This document shows, piece by piece, positions 1 through 9,831 of a stretch of DNA of 64,000 bases (positions are counted from its first letter, which is position 1; each line of letters opens with the position of its first letter). The position numbers and the translations under genes were made by a program. Under the pieces are notes generated by a model. It was not told the DNA's origin. It did no database searches and was given only the letters and a program-made list of their open reading frames with translations. The stretch is from Pseudomonas phage pPa_SNUABM_DT01. The stretch is taken from sequence record MW735835.1. One strand, given 5' to 3'.

Positions 1-498
1 TTCCGGGTCGTTGCCGAGAGCTGCGGCGATTTCCTGGATGGTGTCCAGGGTGCCCGGAGCAGCGCCAACGAGGTCGTCGATCTTCTTCTGGGCGATCTTG
101 TCGGCCAGGAAGGCAGTGACGTACTTGTCAGCAGCGCCAGCCAGCGCTTCGGCTTCGGTGGCGACGCCGTAGTTCTCGACGTTACCCAGGCCGACGTCGG
201 CTTTGGTCAGAGCGTCGATGACGCCGTTCAGCTCGCCTTTGGCGGCTACGATCGCGGCGGCGATAGCAGCAGCGTAGTCGGCTTCGACGGTGGCCAGGGA
301 CTTGCCGCCCAGGGCCAGGGCGTTGTCGGCGGTGCCGGCAGTGGCGGCCTTACCGGCCAGGATCTCGGTGGTGATCTCGGCAAGAGTCTTGCCGTTCAGC
401 TTCAGAGAGTTCGGAGCGTCTTTGTTCGCCAGAGCGGCGACCAGACGCTGAAGGGCCGCCTTCATTGCGGCTTCGAGTACAGCGTTGGACATTGCCAT
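1..498 (-). CDS. Tail-fibre-like protein, N-terminal 166 aa only; the gene runs off the left edge of the window. N-terminus MAMSNAVLEAAMKAALQRL..KLNGKTLAEITTEILA is paralogous to the gene at 6806..7393. It contains one VGLGNVENYGVATEAEALAG fibre repeat.
   Basis: Hand translation of the reverse strand from the ATG at 496-498. Shares its N-terminal module with 6806..7393 and the repeat motif with the fibres at 58-62 kb. Confidence 0.6.
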   Translation of the reverse strand, partial: MAMSNAVLEAAMKAALQRLVAALANKDAPNSLKLNGKTLAEITTEILAGKAATAGTADNALALGGKSLATVEADYAAAIAAAIVAAKGELNGVIDALTKADVGLGNVENYGVATEAEALAGAADKYVTAFLADKIAQKKIDDLVGAAPGTLDTIQEIAAALGNDPE

Positions 499-640
499 TT
501 GTAGCGGTCCTCATGAGGGATGTGTCGACAGTGGGTGAGCTGAGAAAAAAGCTCTCTCACATACTATCAGATCCTATGAATGCAGGAAATGAACCATTCT
601 GCTCTTACATTCTTTTCCACTAACGCATCGAGGCATCGAC

Positions 641-2707
641 ATGCGCATACATCTCATGGCGGCTGCGATCCGTCAGGTCATTGCACCACCAATTCAGGCG
701 GTGGACCAAAGGAACTTTTGGGATAACACTGTTTCCCAACTGGTAGTGGATGAAGGAGTTATCCGCGACCTTAAACGTGCCGGTTATACCAGTCGAGTCG
801 GTAACCTCGGCACGGGCCCGTTCAGTAAACAGTCCATTCAGTTCAATACCACTTCCCAGGTTCGTTATGGTAGTTCCCCGTTCTCCCTGTACGGAAACTT
901 CACCATTGAAGGCCATGTCAACTTCGATTCTGCTGGCTTCGCCACCAACACGAACCAATACATCTTCGACATCGGGACCAACAACTTTGTGTTCCGTCTG
1001 TACAACAAGAAGTGGCACTTGAGCGCGCCTGCCAACACCACGTTGTTGCAGTCTACTGAAGAAGCGGTGCCGGATAAGTGGTACCATTACGCCATCAGTC
1101 GCTATAACGGCGTGATCAAACTGTTCATCGACGGGGTGATGGTAGCACAAGTGGCTAACACCGCTAGCTTCTCGTTTGCTCAATTCACCTGGGGCAACTA
1201 CGGCGGTGGTGGCTATGGTCTGCGTGGTCGGATGACTAACTGCCGGGTGGTCATGGCTGCCTGCTACACCGAGAACTTCCTGCCACCGACTTCCGATCTG
1301 CCAGCAGGTAACGAGTTCGAAGCAACCTACGATCCGTACTGGGACAATGTGGCATTCCTGTCTCGCGGGGGCGTTGCTGCTCCGGCTGACGATAAGGGTG
1401 CAACCCTCACGGTGACAGGACCGAGTGCAGCACAGATCCTCAATTCGAGTATCTATCGATTTGGTCCTAACGCTTACTTCTTCAATGGTGACGGTACCCG
1501 TGCATCGACACCAAACACCAGTGGAAAGTTCGACTTCGGTTCCGGCGATTTCACAATAGAGGCTTGGGTCCGCCCGACCCTCACTACAGGTGCTTCGGTC
1601 ATCCAGACTATCTGCGGTGTACGCGGGATCTCGGGTGTCGATCAACTGGGCTCGTTCGTTCTGGTGATTGAAGGCAACCGTCCTCGGTTCTACTTCAACA
1701 TGGCTGTTGGTGGATGGTCCAGCATCGCTCCTGCCAGCGGGTTTGAAGTCCTGTTGAACGTGTGGAGCCATATTGTGGCGATGCGCGTAGGCAACACTAT
1801 CCGTCTGATGGTCAATGGTATCCAAGTGGCCACCGTGGCCGTATCTGGAGCCATGACGTCCTCCACCGAGCAGTTGCACATCGGCAGTGTTAACAACGGT
1901 ACATTGCCGTTCAATGGGTATATCGACAGCGTCCGCATTACCAAAGGTATTGCACGTTACTCGATGGACATCTCGCCTAAATGGAACTCCGATTGGGCCG
2001 TCCGCGCGAAGAACGGCACTGACCCAGAACGTCCAGCAAACGACGACCGCTTCGGTCAGGTTTCCTTGAGCCTGCCCTTGAGTGACACACTGTACGAACG
2101 TCGTAATTCCCTGTGGCCTACTGCCGTAGGTAGCCAGACGGCGTTCAGCGGTAGCAAGATGCTCTTCGGTAAACCTACCCTGAACCTCAACACCGGCGCT
2201 AATGGTGATGTGGCCTGGGAGCCCAATAAGGCTCTCTTGAACGGCATGGGCAGTGCAGTCGCTGATTTCACGGTGGAAGGCTGGATCAACACTGACTTCT
2301 ACCACTCTTCGGTACCGATTCCGTTGGTGACCCAATGGCATACCTCTTCCACTGGGACGTGGATGCTGGGCGTGCGAGACCGTAAGCTCTGCTGGGCTTA
2401 TAACGCCACGCAATATCATCAAACTGAAGCCGTGGTGGCCGATGGCCAATGGCACCACATTGCGGCGGTTCGTAAGAACGGGCAGATCACCTTGTTCCTC
2501 GATGGTGTGGCCGTTGGCACGTTTGCCAACTCCATCGTCTATGGTTACGGTGGTACTCTGCATGTGGGCGGTAACCCGCGTAACGTGCTCACCGAAGGCT
2601 TCACGATGGCTGCGGCCGATATCCGTGTCACTGCGGGTCTCGCTCGCTATGAAGGGAACTTCGCGGTACCCACTGCGAACCTGCCCATTCGGGCACTCGC
2701 TGCCTAA
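641..2707 (+). CDS. Receptor-binding / tail-fibre protein with three concanavalin-A-like (LamG) lectin domains, 688 aa.
   Basis: Three repeats of the LamG pattern (WHH/WYH .. R.NG...LFIDGV .. G); tandem paralog of 2818..4845 with a shared MRIHLMAAAIR N-terminus. Confidence 0.75.
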   Translation: MRIHLMAAAIRQVIAPPIQAVDQRNFWDNTVSQLVVDEGVIRDLKRAGYTSRVGNLGTGPFSKQSIQFNTTSQVRYGSSPFSLYGNFTIEGHVNFDSAGFATNTNQYIFDIGTNNFVFRLYNKKWHLSAPANTTLLQSTEEAVPDKWYHYAISRYNGVIKLFIDGVMVAQVANTASFSFAQFTWGNYGGGGYGLRGRMTNCRVVMAACYTENFLPPTSDLPAGNEFEATYDPYWDNVAFLSRGGVAAPADDKGATLTVTGPSAAQILNSSIYRFGPNAYFFNGDGTRASTPNTSGKFDFGSGDFTIEAWVRPTLTTGASVIQTICGVRGISGVDQLGSFVLVIEGNRPRFYFNMAVGGWSSIAPASGFEVLLNVWSHIVAMRVGNTIRLMVNGIQVATVAVSGAMTSSTEQLHIGSVNNGTLPFNGYIDSVRITKGIARYSMDISPKWNSDWAVRAKNGTDPERPANDDRFGQVSLSLPLSDTLYERRNSLWPTAVGSQTAFSGSKMLFGKPTLNLNTGANGDVAWEPNKALLNGMGSAVADFTVEGWINTDFYHSSVPIPLVTQWHTSSTGTWMLGVRDRKLCWAYNATQYHQTEAVVADGQWHHIAAVRKNGQITLFLDGVAVGTFANSIVYGYGGTLHVGGNPRNVLTEGFTMAAADIRVTAGLARYEGNFAVPTANLPIRALAA

Positions 2708-2708
2708 A

Positions 2709-2738
2709 CATAGAGAGGGCCTTCGGGTCCTCTCTATG
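2709..2738 (+). terminator. Stem-loop CATAGAGAGG-loop-CCTCTCTATG followed by CTGTTTATC (CATAGAG family).
   Basis: Perfect 10-bp inverted repeat immediately after the stop codon at 2707. Confidence 0.5.
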
Positions 2739-2817
2739 CTGTTTATCAAATCCTATGGGAGCCTTTAACGAGCATTTCGTTCACGAAGATGTCTTCCTTT
2801 CTCAAGAGGCGATAAAC

Positions 2818-4845
2818 ATGCGCATTCATCTCATGGCTGCGGCCATTCGGAATGTCATCACGCCACCTGTTGTTCCCGCTGGGACATGGGAAAACGTGGT
2901 GGCACAGATCTACGAAGAGGGCGGTAGTTTTTACGACATCCGCAACCCGTCTCTCGGTACCAGGACGGCACTGATCGGGACCGGCAAGTTCGGGGGCAAC
3001 TGCCCACGGTTCACGTCTGCCGAGCAACTGACTTTCACCAGTACGCCTTTCGCGCTGCATGGCGACTTCTGCATCGAGGCCCATTACAACTTCGACGATG
3101 TAGCCAACAACAATCAGTACATGTTCGACTTGGGTAGCAACGGCTTTACTCTGCGCTATCGTAATGATGGTGCTGGTAACGGCCTGCGTATCAGCCAGGG
3201 CGCCGCCAACCTCGTCATCACCTCGTTCGTTCCGGTCCCTGGGACTTGGTACCACGTGGCGGTGGTACGTCGTAATGGCCTCATCATGCTATTTGTGGAC
3301 GGTGTCTTGCGTGGCACTGGCACTTACACCCCGAGCATGGCTTATACGTCGTACACGGTCGGCTGCTATGGTGGCAGCGGAGCGTACTCGATCCATGGTC
3401 GGATCGACCAGTTCCGCGTTTCGGTCTGGGCAGTCTACACCGAAACCTTCAGTCCGCCGATCATGCCATTCCCGACGCACGGTGAAGAAGCCGACTTCGA
3501 CCCGATGTGGTCCGATGTGGTACTGCTTCTGAAAGATGCTTCGGGTGGCATTCCAATCGACGCAACTGGTTTCCACACGGTTACCAAGTTGGGCAATGCT
3601 GCAACCACTACTGCCGCAATGCGCCTGCCAAAAATGAGCATGCAGTTCAGCGGCGCGGCTGGCGAAGCGTTCAACGTGGCCGACTCCAGTGACCGGTTCG
3701 ACATGGGGGCTCTCGACTTCTGCGTTGAAGCCTTTGTACGACCCACCGTTACGTTGCCGGCCTCGTTCGTTCAACTGGTAGGGCGTTCTGGCGCGGCCTA
3801 TGGCGGCTGGTGCCTTGGTTTGAACAACGGTGTTCTCCAGGCACGATTGTCCAACACGGGCACCTCGACTTGGGCGGTATCCTTCACTGCGCCGACCGAC
3901 ACCAAGTTGCAACTCAACCGCTGGTACCATGTCGCACTCACCCGTTACAACGGCTTGTGCACCCTGTGGATCGACGGGAAAGCGGTGGCGACATACACCT
4001 ACGGCACTGCATTGTTTGCAGGCACCGCGGCAGTCAACATCGGCGCCGACAGCAACGGTAACTTCCAATTCGGTGGGCAGATCAACAGCGTCCGTATCAC
4101 TCGGAACAATGCCCGTTACTCCAACAACTTCTCTCCGAAACGAGTCAAAGAGTTGGGTCACGTCACTGGCGACAGCGTTGACTTCGATGCGTACTACTGC
4201 CGTACTTCGGCCATGTTTGAACTGGCAACCGAACTCCAGTCCGGCCTGCGTCAGCTTCAGATCGCCACCCAGCGTTCGACCTCGCAGCTCGATGCTACCC
4301 GGCTGCTACACGGCAAGCCTACCCTGACGCTCACCTCCGGTGCCAACGGCGGGATCAACTACAACTCCTTCAACCGGGCTCTATTGGTTGCTGGAGATTG
4401 TACTGTTGAAGCGTGGGTGAATACCGACTATTCGGGAGCTGCCACGGTACTGCCGATTATTGGTCAGTATCACGCTACCACGTCCGGTGCTTGGATCTTG
4501 GGCGTCTACGATCGTAAAGCCTACTTCTTCATCCGGGGAGGCATCAACGTCGCAGGTACCACCATCATTGCTGACGGTAACTGGCACCATGTGGCAGTAG
4601 TGATTCGTAGCGGTGTAGCTTACCTGTACATCGATGGTGTGCGGGAAGGTAATACCCCCAATGTGGGCTCGGTGTGGCCGTCTTACATCGGTGCCATCCA
4701 ACTGGGTATGAACATCGCATCGGAAGCTCCGGCAGGCGCCCGCATGAACATCGGTCGTGTACGTACCACTCATGGCAAGGCTCGCTACACGGCGAACTTC
4801 ACCCCGAGTGAGAAGACGGTTCAGACGTTGTCCATGGCGGCATAA
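2818..4845 (+). CDS. Second triple-LamG receptor-binding / tail-fibre paralog, 675 aa from the ATG at 2818.
   Basis: Same MRIHLMAAAIR start and three LamG-like repeats (WYHVAVVRRNGLIMLFVDGV; WYHVALTRYNGLCTLWIDG; WHHVAVVIRSGVAYLYIDGV). The track ORF begins 63 nt upstream at a non-RBS start. Confidence 0.75.
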   Translation: MRIHLMAAAIRNVITPPVVPAGTWENVVAQIYEEGGSFYDIRNPSLGTRTALIGTGKFGGNCPRFTSAEQLTFTSTPFALHGDFCIEAHYNFDDVANNNQYMFDLGSNGFTLRYRNDGAGNGLRISQGAANLVITSFVPVPGTWYHVAVVRRNGLIMLFVDGVLRGTGTYTPSMAYTSYTVGCYGGSGAYSIHGRIDQFRVSVWAVYTETFSPPIMPFPTHGEEADFDPMWSDVVLLLKDASGGIPIDATGFHTVTKLGNAATTTAAMRLPKMSMQFSGAAGEAFNVADSSDRFDMGALDFCVEAFVRPTVTLPASFVQLVGRSGAAYGGWCLGLNNGVLQARLSNTGTSTWAVSFTAPTDTKLQLNRWYHVALTRYNGLCTLWIDGKAVATYTYGTALFAGTAAVNIGADSNGNFQFGGQINSVRITRNNARYSNNFSPKRVKELGHVTGDSVDFDAYYCRTSAMFELATELQSGLRQLQIATQRSTSQLDATRLLHGKPTLTLTSGANGGINYNSFNRALLVAGDCTVEAWVNTDYSGAATVLPIIGQYHATTSGAWILGVYDRKAYFFIRGGINVAGTTIIADGNWHHVAVVIRSGVAYLYIDGVREGNTPNVGSVWPSYIGAIQLGMNIASEAPAGARMNIGRVRTTHGKARYTANFTPSEKTVQTLSMAA

Positions 4846-4846
4846 A

Positions 4847-4880
4847 GCATAGAGGGAGGGCAGCTGCCCTCCCTCTATGC
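4847..4880. terminator. Bidirectional terminator hairpin GCATAGAGGGAGGGCAG/CTGCCCTCCCTCTATGC between convergent genes.
   Basis: Perfect 17-bp palindrome between the + gene ending at 4845 and the - gene ending at 4884. Confidence 0.55.
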
Positions 4881-4883
4881 CGT

Positions 4884-5534
4884 TTAGCTGTTGGTGTACA
4901 GATCCTGCACCTCTTCCAAGGACAAGGCCTTGTCGTAGATACGGAGATCTGCTTGCCAGCCTCGCGAGTACTCACCCGTGCCCACACCGTTACCGATGCG
5001 GAAGGTTTTTGCCGCGATGTTCATGGTTACCGAGTAGGTACCACGCAGAACGCCGTTGATGTAGAACTTCAACGTGCCGGCATCGTAGGTGATAGTGATC
5101 AGGTGCCACACATTCACGCTGATGTTGACGTTGGCAAATTTGCTTCCAGCGGGTGCCATGGTCTTAGCGTAGAGGTAGGTCCTGGTCGGTGTCGGATCAG
5201 ACGTCGGAGAGATCTTGAACAGGAACTCGGTGTTGTCAGAGCTGCTCAGCAGGTGTTGATAACCCGCCAGCGTCTCTGGGCAATACCAAGTACTGACCGT
5301 CCAAGGCCCGGCACCGATAGTCAGGCTAGGCAAGTCAATCCAGTTGTTGATCGAACCTGGGAGCTTGACCGCTTTACGACCCAGCTTGGTTTCGAATGTG
5401 AGTCCAGCCGTACCGGTACCGTTCTTACCACCTACGCTGTCAACGTAGTCAGTTTGGAACTTCCACCAGTTCTTCAGGTTGGCAGAGATAGCAGAAGCCT
5501 GCTTGATCGCTGCGGGAAGTAACATGCGCACCAT
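4884..5534 (-). CDS. Single-domain LamG / ConA-like lectin protein, 216 aa; probable fibre or baseplate accessory.
   Basis: WHLITITYDAGTLKFYINGV .. LRIYDKALSLEEV, the classic LamG core. Confidence 0.7.
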   Translation of the reverse strand: MVRMLLPAAIKQASAISANLKNWWKFQTDYVDSVGGKNGTGTAGLTFETKLGRKAVKLPGSINNWIDLPSLTIGAGPWTVSTWYCPETLAGYQHLLSSSDNTEFLFKISPTSDPTPTRTYLYAKTMAPAGSKFANVNISVNVWHLITITYDAGTLKFYINGVLRGTYSVTMNIAAKTFRIGNGVGTGEYSRGWQADLRIYDKALSLEEVQDLYTNS

Positions 5535-5548
5535 GATCGGTACCTTTC

Positions 5549-6739
5549 TTAGAAGCGCAGATCTACCACTTCACTTACGGTGAGTGGTTGGTACAGACCG
5601 GTCGTGTCAAAAGTCAAACGGGTGTAGTTCGATCCAGCGACGTAGTCGTGGACGATCCGTTTGGTCAACATGATGCCGTCGATCTGTGCCTCGGTGATGT
5701 TGTCTGCACGCACATCACCTGTGATGTACAGGTTGAACTGTTTGTCGGTGGTGTTCCACTGAGCGAAGAAGATCGCATTGGTACCTTTGTACAACGGGTT
5801 GGCAATGGAGCCCATGCCGTTGTTCGAAGGATCGCGATAACCCAGCAGTACGAGGCCGGTGAGGGTGCGGGTACCTACGGTGATCTGGCATTCGTGACGA
5901 TATGCCGGGACCGAGGTCTTACCCGTTGCAGTGAAGATCACGACTGGGAGCTTCGCACCTTCTACTTTGGAAATATCCATACCCAAAGTATCGAATACCA
6001 ACGTGGTCTGGTCTGCCGTTGGGGCGTAACGAGAATACTTGAAAGTCAGTAGCACCCCGCCCACCATGACCAACCACTGCTTACCAGCTACACGAGCGTT
6101 ACCCGTGATACCGATGCGGAATTCGTTGAGGGCGTCATGCCAGTTCATGGCATAGATTGGAAGACCTTCCAGATTCACGTCACTCAATGCACCCATCGGG
6201 TTGGGTAGCGAGTTATCACGGAAGCCGTAGGACGGATTTGGAGCATACACGTCGGTGCGCTTGCCGACAATGATCTCTGCTTCGTAAACCTGCACAGGGA
6301 GGTCTCTCGGCGTCGATGTGACGAGTTGGATGGTGACGGGTCGTCCTGGGCCAGTACTTCCAGGAAGAGCCACAGAGGACCAATCGAAGGTCACTGAGGT
6401 GGTATTGGCGCCTGCGTTGTACGAGACCCCTGTCACCGGCACTACCAGGCCATTGATGACGCACTTGGTGAAACTGAGGTTACGATGGTCGCCTTTAATC
6501 ACGAAGCCGCCAGTTCGGTCATAGACGTGCCAGTTGGCCATTAAGACTTCGTATTGGTTATTGAACTGGTTGTTCGACACCGAACCCATTGGGTATTGTT
6601 CTGTGCTTGCGCGGTAACCATAAGAGGGCTGTCCGCCATAGAACGTCCGAGTACCGATGACCAAGGTGGTTTCGAACGCCACCGTGGATTTGTACTTGGC
6701 GTATCTCCGCGCGGCCGCAGCTAGATATCCAATTCGCAT
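5549..6739 (-). CDS. Hypothetical virion / tail protein, 396 aa from MRIGY.
   Basis: Long ORF with an RBS (GAGGACAGG) before the ATG at 6739, tightly packed in the structural block. The track start at 6766 lies inside the upstream terminator hairpin. Confidence 0.55.
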   Translation of the reverse strand: MRIGYLAAAARRYAKYKSTVAFETTLVIGTRTFYGGQPSYGYRASTEQYPMGSVSNNQFNNQYEVLMANWHVYDRTGGFVIKGDHRNLSFTKCVINGLVVPVTGVSYNAGANTTSVTFDWSSVALPGSTGPGRPVTIQLVTSTPRDLPVQVYEAEIIVGKRTDVYAPNPSYGFRDNSLPNPMGALSDVNLEGLPIYAMNWHDALNEFRIGITGNARVAGKQWLVMVGGVLLTFKYSRYAPTADQTTLVFDTLGMDISKVEGAKLPVVIFTATGKTSVPAYRHECQITVGTRTLTGLVLLGYRDPSNNGMGSIANPLYKGTNAIFFAQWNTTDKQFNLYITGDVRADNITEAQIDGIMLTKRIVHDYVAGSNYTRLTFDTTGLYQPLTVSEVVDLRF

Positions 6740-6760
6740 GAACCTGTCCTCGAAAATAAA

Positions 6761-6786
6761 GACCACCGGGGATATCCCCGGTGGTC
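6761..6786 (-). terminator. Hairpin GACCACCGGGGATATCCCCGGTGGTC followed by a T-run in the minus-strand sense.
   Basis: Perfect inverted repeat downstream of the gene 6806..7393; GGGGATATCCCC-loop family. Confidence 0.5.
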
Positions 6787-6805
6787 TAGGACTGAGCAGA
6801 CTGGC

Positions 6806-7393
6806 TTACGCCGGCAGCTTCATGTCGCGGCCGATGTGGTAGCCGTCCCAGGTCGCACCACCGTCGTAGGAGGTGAAGGCCAGGACGTCGCGACCGGCAG
6901 CTTTCAGGGTGGGCTTGGTGCCTTCCGACCAGCTGATGTTCGGCCAGTAGTTCACGGCAGCGGAACCGCCGTTGACCAGGTGCAGGGTGAAGCTCACCAC
7001 GCGACCGCTCTCCGGGACGTTGCTCACCGAAAGGGTGGTGGCGCCGGTGATGGTCTTTTTGTAGTGGTTGGCCAGGCGGACATCGATGGCGGTGCCAGCG
7101 GCCAGGTCGGCCAGCTTCTCGATGATGGCGACGTTCATCTCGCCGCCGACCGGCAGGCCAGCTTCGTTGATGGCTTCGTCGATGGCCGCTACCAGCGCGT
7201 TACCTTCAACGAGGTCGATGACTTCGCCGTCGGTGTAAGTCGCTGCTTGGGCCAGAATTTCAGAGGTGATCTCGGCAAGAGTCTTGCCTTCGAGTTTTGC
7301 AGCATCGTCGGCCTGACGAGCGGCCAGCGCGGTAACGACGCGCTGAATAGACGCCTTCAGCGCGGCTTCAATTACCGGATTGGACATTGCCAT
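6806..7393 (-). CDS. Tail-fibre-like protein, 195 aa from MAMSNPV, sharing an N-terminal attachment module with the partial gene at 1..498.
   Basis: MAMSNPVIEAALKASIQRVVTALAA..KLEGKTLAEITSEILA aligns residue-for-residue with gene 1; the C-terminal part is different. Confidence 0.6.
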   Translation of the reverse strand: MAMSNPVIEAALKASIQRVVTALAARQADDAAKLEGKTLAEITSEILAQAATYTDGEVIDLVEGNALVAAIDEAINEAGLPVGGEMNVAIIEKLADLAAGTAIDVRLANHYKKTITGATTLSVSNVPESGRVVSFTLHLVNGGSAAVNYWPNISWSEGTKPTLKAAGRDVLAFTSYDGGATWDGYHIGRDMKLPA

Positions 7394-7486
7394 GGTTTTG
7401 TACCTTTCAGTTGTTAGAGAGCGTGGTTGATGCTCCCGCATAACATTGGACCAGGCAAAGAGGAGGCCTGAGCCTCCCTCCGCCAA

Positions 7487-7990
7487 TTACTGCTGTTCAG
7501 CTTCCAAGCCGGCGGCAATATCGTCAATGTCATTGGTCACATTGGTCATCACTTGCTGGAATTCGTCACGCAGCAGGTATTCGGAGGCGTTCACCCCACC
7601 CAGCTGCTCAGAGTCTTTAACGGTGCCATCGCGGGCTTCGGTAATGATCTCTTCGCGAGTCTTTCCATCCAACTTCAGTGCGTTGACTGCAATATCTTCA
7701 ACGCCCAACTTTTCCTTGAGCAGGTCTTCGATCTCAGTCCGCGAGAAAGTACCTACTTGGGCAGCAGTTACCTGGTTGGGGTTATCCCGCCTTGCGGCAA
7801 AGATAGCAAGGATAGCATTGATAGTGGTGCGGTAGGTTTTCTTCTCCATACCTGCACCGCCGTCAGCCCGTGTTCTGACGGTAATCTCAATGCTATCCTC
7901 ACCAGAGAGCTGCTCAGGATCGATTGGGGGAAGTTGGAAGATCGTGGCGGTCCAATCATTCGCCGGTACCGGCGGGTTCTCTTCTGCCAT
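7487..7990 (-). CDS. Hypothetical structural protein, 167 aa, with fibre-type motifs (KLDGKTREEI, LGGVNASEYLL).
   Basis: ORF with a clean start; motif similarity to the K(L/F)xGKTxxEI elements in the fibres. Confidence 0.5.
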   Translation of the reverse strand: MAEENPPVPANDWTATIFQLPPIDPEQLSGEDSIEITVRTRADGGAGMEKKTYRTTINAILAIFAARRDNPNQVTAAQVGTFSRTEIEDLLKEKLGVEDIAVNALKLDGKTREEIITEARDGTVKDSEQLGGVNASEYLLRDEFQQVMTNVTNDIDDIAAGLEAEQQ

Positions 7991-8036
7991 GGTCCTTCCC
8001 TCAATTATCCGTGATTAGCTGATCAGATCCGTTGAC

Positions 8037-8561
8037 TTAGGTAGGCTGAGCTTCGCTGTCAACGATTTCGATCTGGAGGCCGCCGAGTTCCGGGTTACCG
8101 ACGGCTTCAGTCAAAGGGAGCTTGTCAACCACCAGGCTGACCAGCAGTTGACCTTTGAACGCGAAGGAGCCCGGCAGGGCTTCCAGGACGATGCTGTCGC
8201 TGCCCGGCTCGATGGCCTGGGCGAAGTCGAAGTCATCGTCGGTGAAGCCCAGGTCGAAGCGGGTGTTCAGCTTCTCGACCAGTGCACCAACGGTCTCGTC
8301 GCCCTGGAGGACTTCGATGTTGTTGATGTTGTAGCTGGCGAACCAGGCGGTCAGGTCCAGACGGTCGTAGAAGGCGGTGGCGCTGCCTTCGAACAGGCTG
8401 TCCGGAGTGGCGGAGTAGACGACCTGAACCTCGCGGTTCGGGTTGGTGGAGGCTTCCGGAGCGGCGAAGCTCAGATCGGAGGCCAGGAAGGAAACGCCTT
8501 CGTTGGCGGCAGCGTTCAGGGCTGCCAGCAGGGCGGCGCGACCAGTTTTGGCGCTGTTCAT
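8037..8561 (-). CDS. Hypothetical protein, 174 aa from MNSAKTG.
   Basis: ATG with GAGGAT upstream; the track ORF extends further to a non-RBS start. Confidence 0.5.
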   Translation of the reverse strand: MNSAKTGRAALLAALNAAANEGVSFLASDLSFAAPEASTNPNREVQVVYSATPDSLFEGSATAFYDRLDLTAWFASYNINNIEVLQGDETVGALVEKLNTRFDLGFTDDDFDFAQAIEPGSDSIVLEALPGSFAFKGQLLVSLVVDKLPLTEAVGNPELGGLQIEIVDSEAQPT

Positions 8562-8676
8562 GCGGTAATCCTCGTTGGGATGGATGAATGCAGCCGTTGA
8601 TGGTAAAAAACAACTGCACATAGGATGTCGGCATAAAACCCTCACGATACCATTACAGTATCGTGAGGGCTGATGC

Positions 8677-9831
8677 TTATTGACGCGGCAGCCAGATTTG
8701 ACTGGATGCGGGGCGGTGCAGCTCGAACGGGAAGGTCATGCCATGGTCATTGTGGCGTACCACGTTGACACGGTATTGGCCGTTGTCCTGCTCTTGCGGA
8801 GCGGCTTGAGTCGCTGCCACATCGAGCCACTTCTCCATGTAGGGGAGCGGCATTTCCAACGGTGCCTTGAAGTCCACCGGACGTTCGAGCACGTCCATGG
8901 CGTCGGCACAGTTGAAGTTGATGTAGGAACCGATCTCGTCCCAGCCCACACCCGGCACCTTGGAACCGGAGTCACGCTGGAAGTTGCGCCAGCGCATTTC
9001 CGAAGCACGGACCTCCAGCATCATGTCGTCGATGAGCTGGCGGTTGGCCTTCCAGGCAGCACGACCACGGGCAGTGGCCATTTCGGTCTGGAGCACGTAC
9101 TTGCCGACGTTCACATGGATCTCGGCTTCGTCCTGAGCGATACGCTGTACCGCTTTGCAGATCGGCATGTAGTCGCCAGTCTGAGCGATAGCGCCGGTCA
9201 CGGCGAAGGAGCCCATGAAGTGGACGCGCTCCAGCAGGAACAGGGCCACGGTGAACATGAAGGCAGCCGAGTAGGCTTCTTCGGAGTTGCGGTCGATCTC
9301 GCCCAGGGAAACACGCAGACCAACGCGGTAGGAATGACCCATGACCTTGCTGACGGTTTCCATGCGGGACATGGCTTCCTTGATCGCCAGGACTTCGGAG
9401 AGCACCTGGTTCGGCGCATCGAAGCTGTACCGCACGATCTCGGAGTAGGTAGTGGCGTGCAGGTTCTCGTTCGCCACGATCTGGTCCCACAGCACTTTGA
9501 GGGCCGGGTTGGTGACGAAGTGGTTGCCTACTGCCATGATGGAGTTGGCTGCGATGGAATCGCCTTCCCACTGCCAGCCGAGGTTCTGGATCATTGCCTG
9601 AGCGATCCACTTGTCCCCGGTCTTGAATTCGAGCAGGCACGGACTGAAGTCGAACTCGTTGGTGTCCCAGTCCAGACCACGCAGCGAACGCCACATCTCC
9701 CACAGACGCGGGTGCGGGTCGTTCACGGTATCCAGCAGGCCCTTTGGTTCACCAAGGAATAGACGCGTGTCCCCATAATCGCCCTTGTTGGCGTTGAAGA
9801 TCACGGAGTCGATGATTGCAATTTCCGACAT
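8677..9831 (-). CDS. nrdB: Ribonucleotide reductase class Ia small subunit (R2, diiron-tyrosyl).
   Basis: 384 aa; ferritin-like R2 signatures (ERVHFMGSFA, NLHATTYSEIV, EAYSAAFMFTVALFLLE); lies immediately downstream of nrdA. Confidence 0.85.
   Translation of the reverse strand: MSEIAIIDSVIFNANKGDYGDTRLFLGEPKGLLDTVNDPHPRLWEMWRSLRGLDWDTNEFDFSPCLLEFKTGDKWIAQAMIQNLGWQWEGDSIAANSIMAVGNHFVTNPALKVLWDQIVANENLHATTYSEIVRYSFDAPNQVLSEVLAIKEAMSRMETVSKVMGHSYRVGLRVSLGEIDRNSEEAYSAAFMFTVALFLLERVHFMGSFAVTGAIAQTGDYMPICKAVQRIAQDEAEIHVNVGKYVLQTEMATARGRAAWKANRQLIDDMMLEVRASEMRWRNFQRDSGSKVPGVGWDEIGSYINFNCADAMDVLERPVDFKAPLEMPLPYMEKWLDVAATQAAPQEQDNGQYRVNVVRHNDHGMTFPFELHRPASSQIWLPRQ

Noticed and set aside
620-2749. 709-aa ORF on the minus strand fully antisense to the LamG gene 641..2707.
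   Set aside because: Arg/Pro/Gly/His-rich composition typical of a wrong-frame read in GC-rich DNA; the sense ORF has recognisable domains and a paralog. The same applies to 3289..4161(-), 10044..11378(+), 11532..12404(+), 20746..23151(-), 26110..28005(-), 30108..31037(+), 31030..32175(+), 33409..34293(+), 34888..35754(+), 36137..39505(-), 52110..52910(+), 53941..55197(+), 58333..59955(+), 59736..62015(+) and 62332..63660(-).
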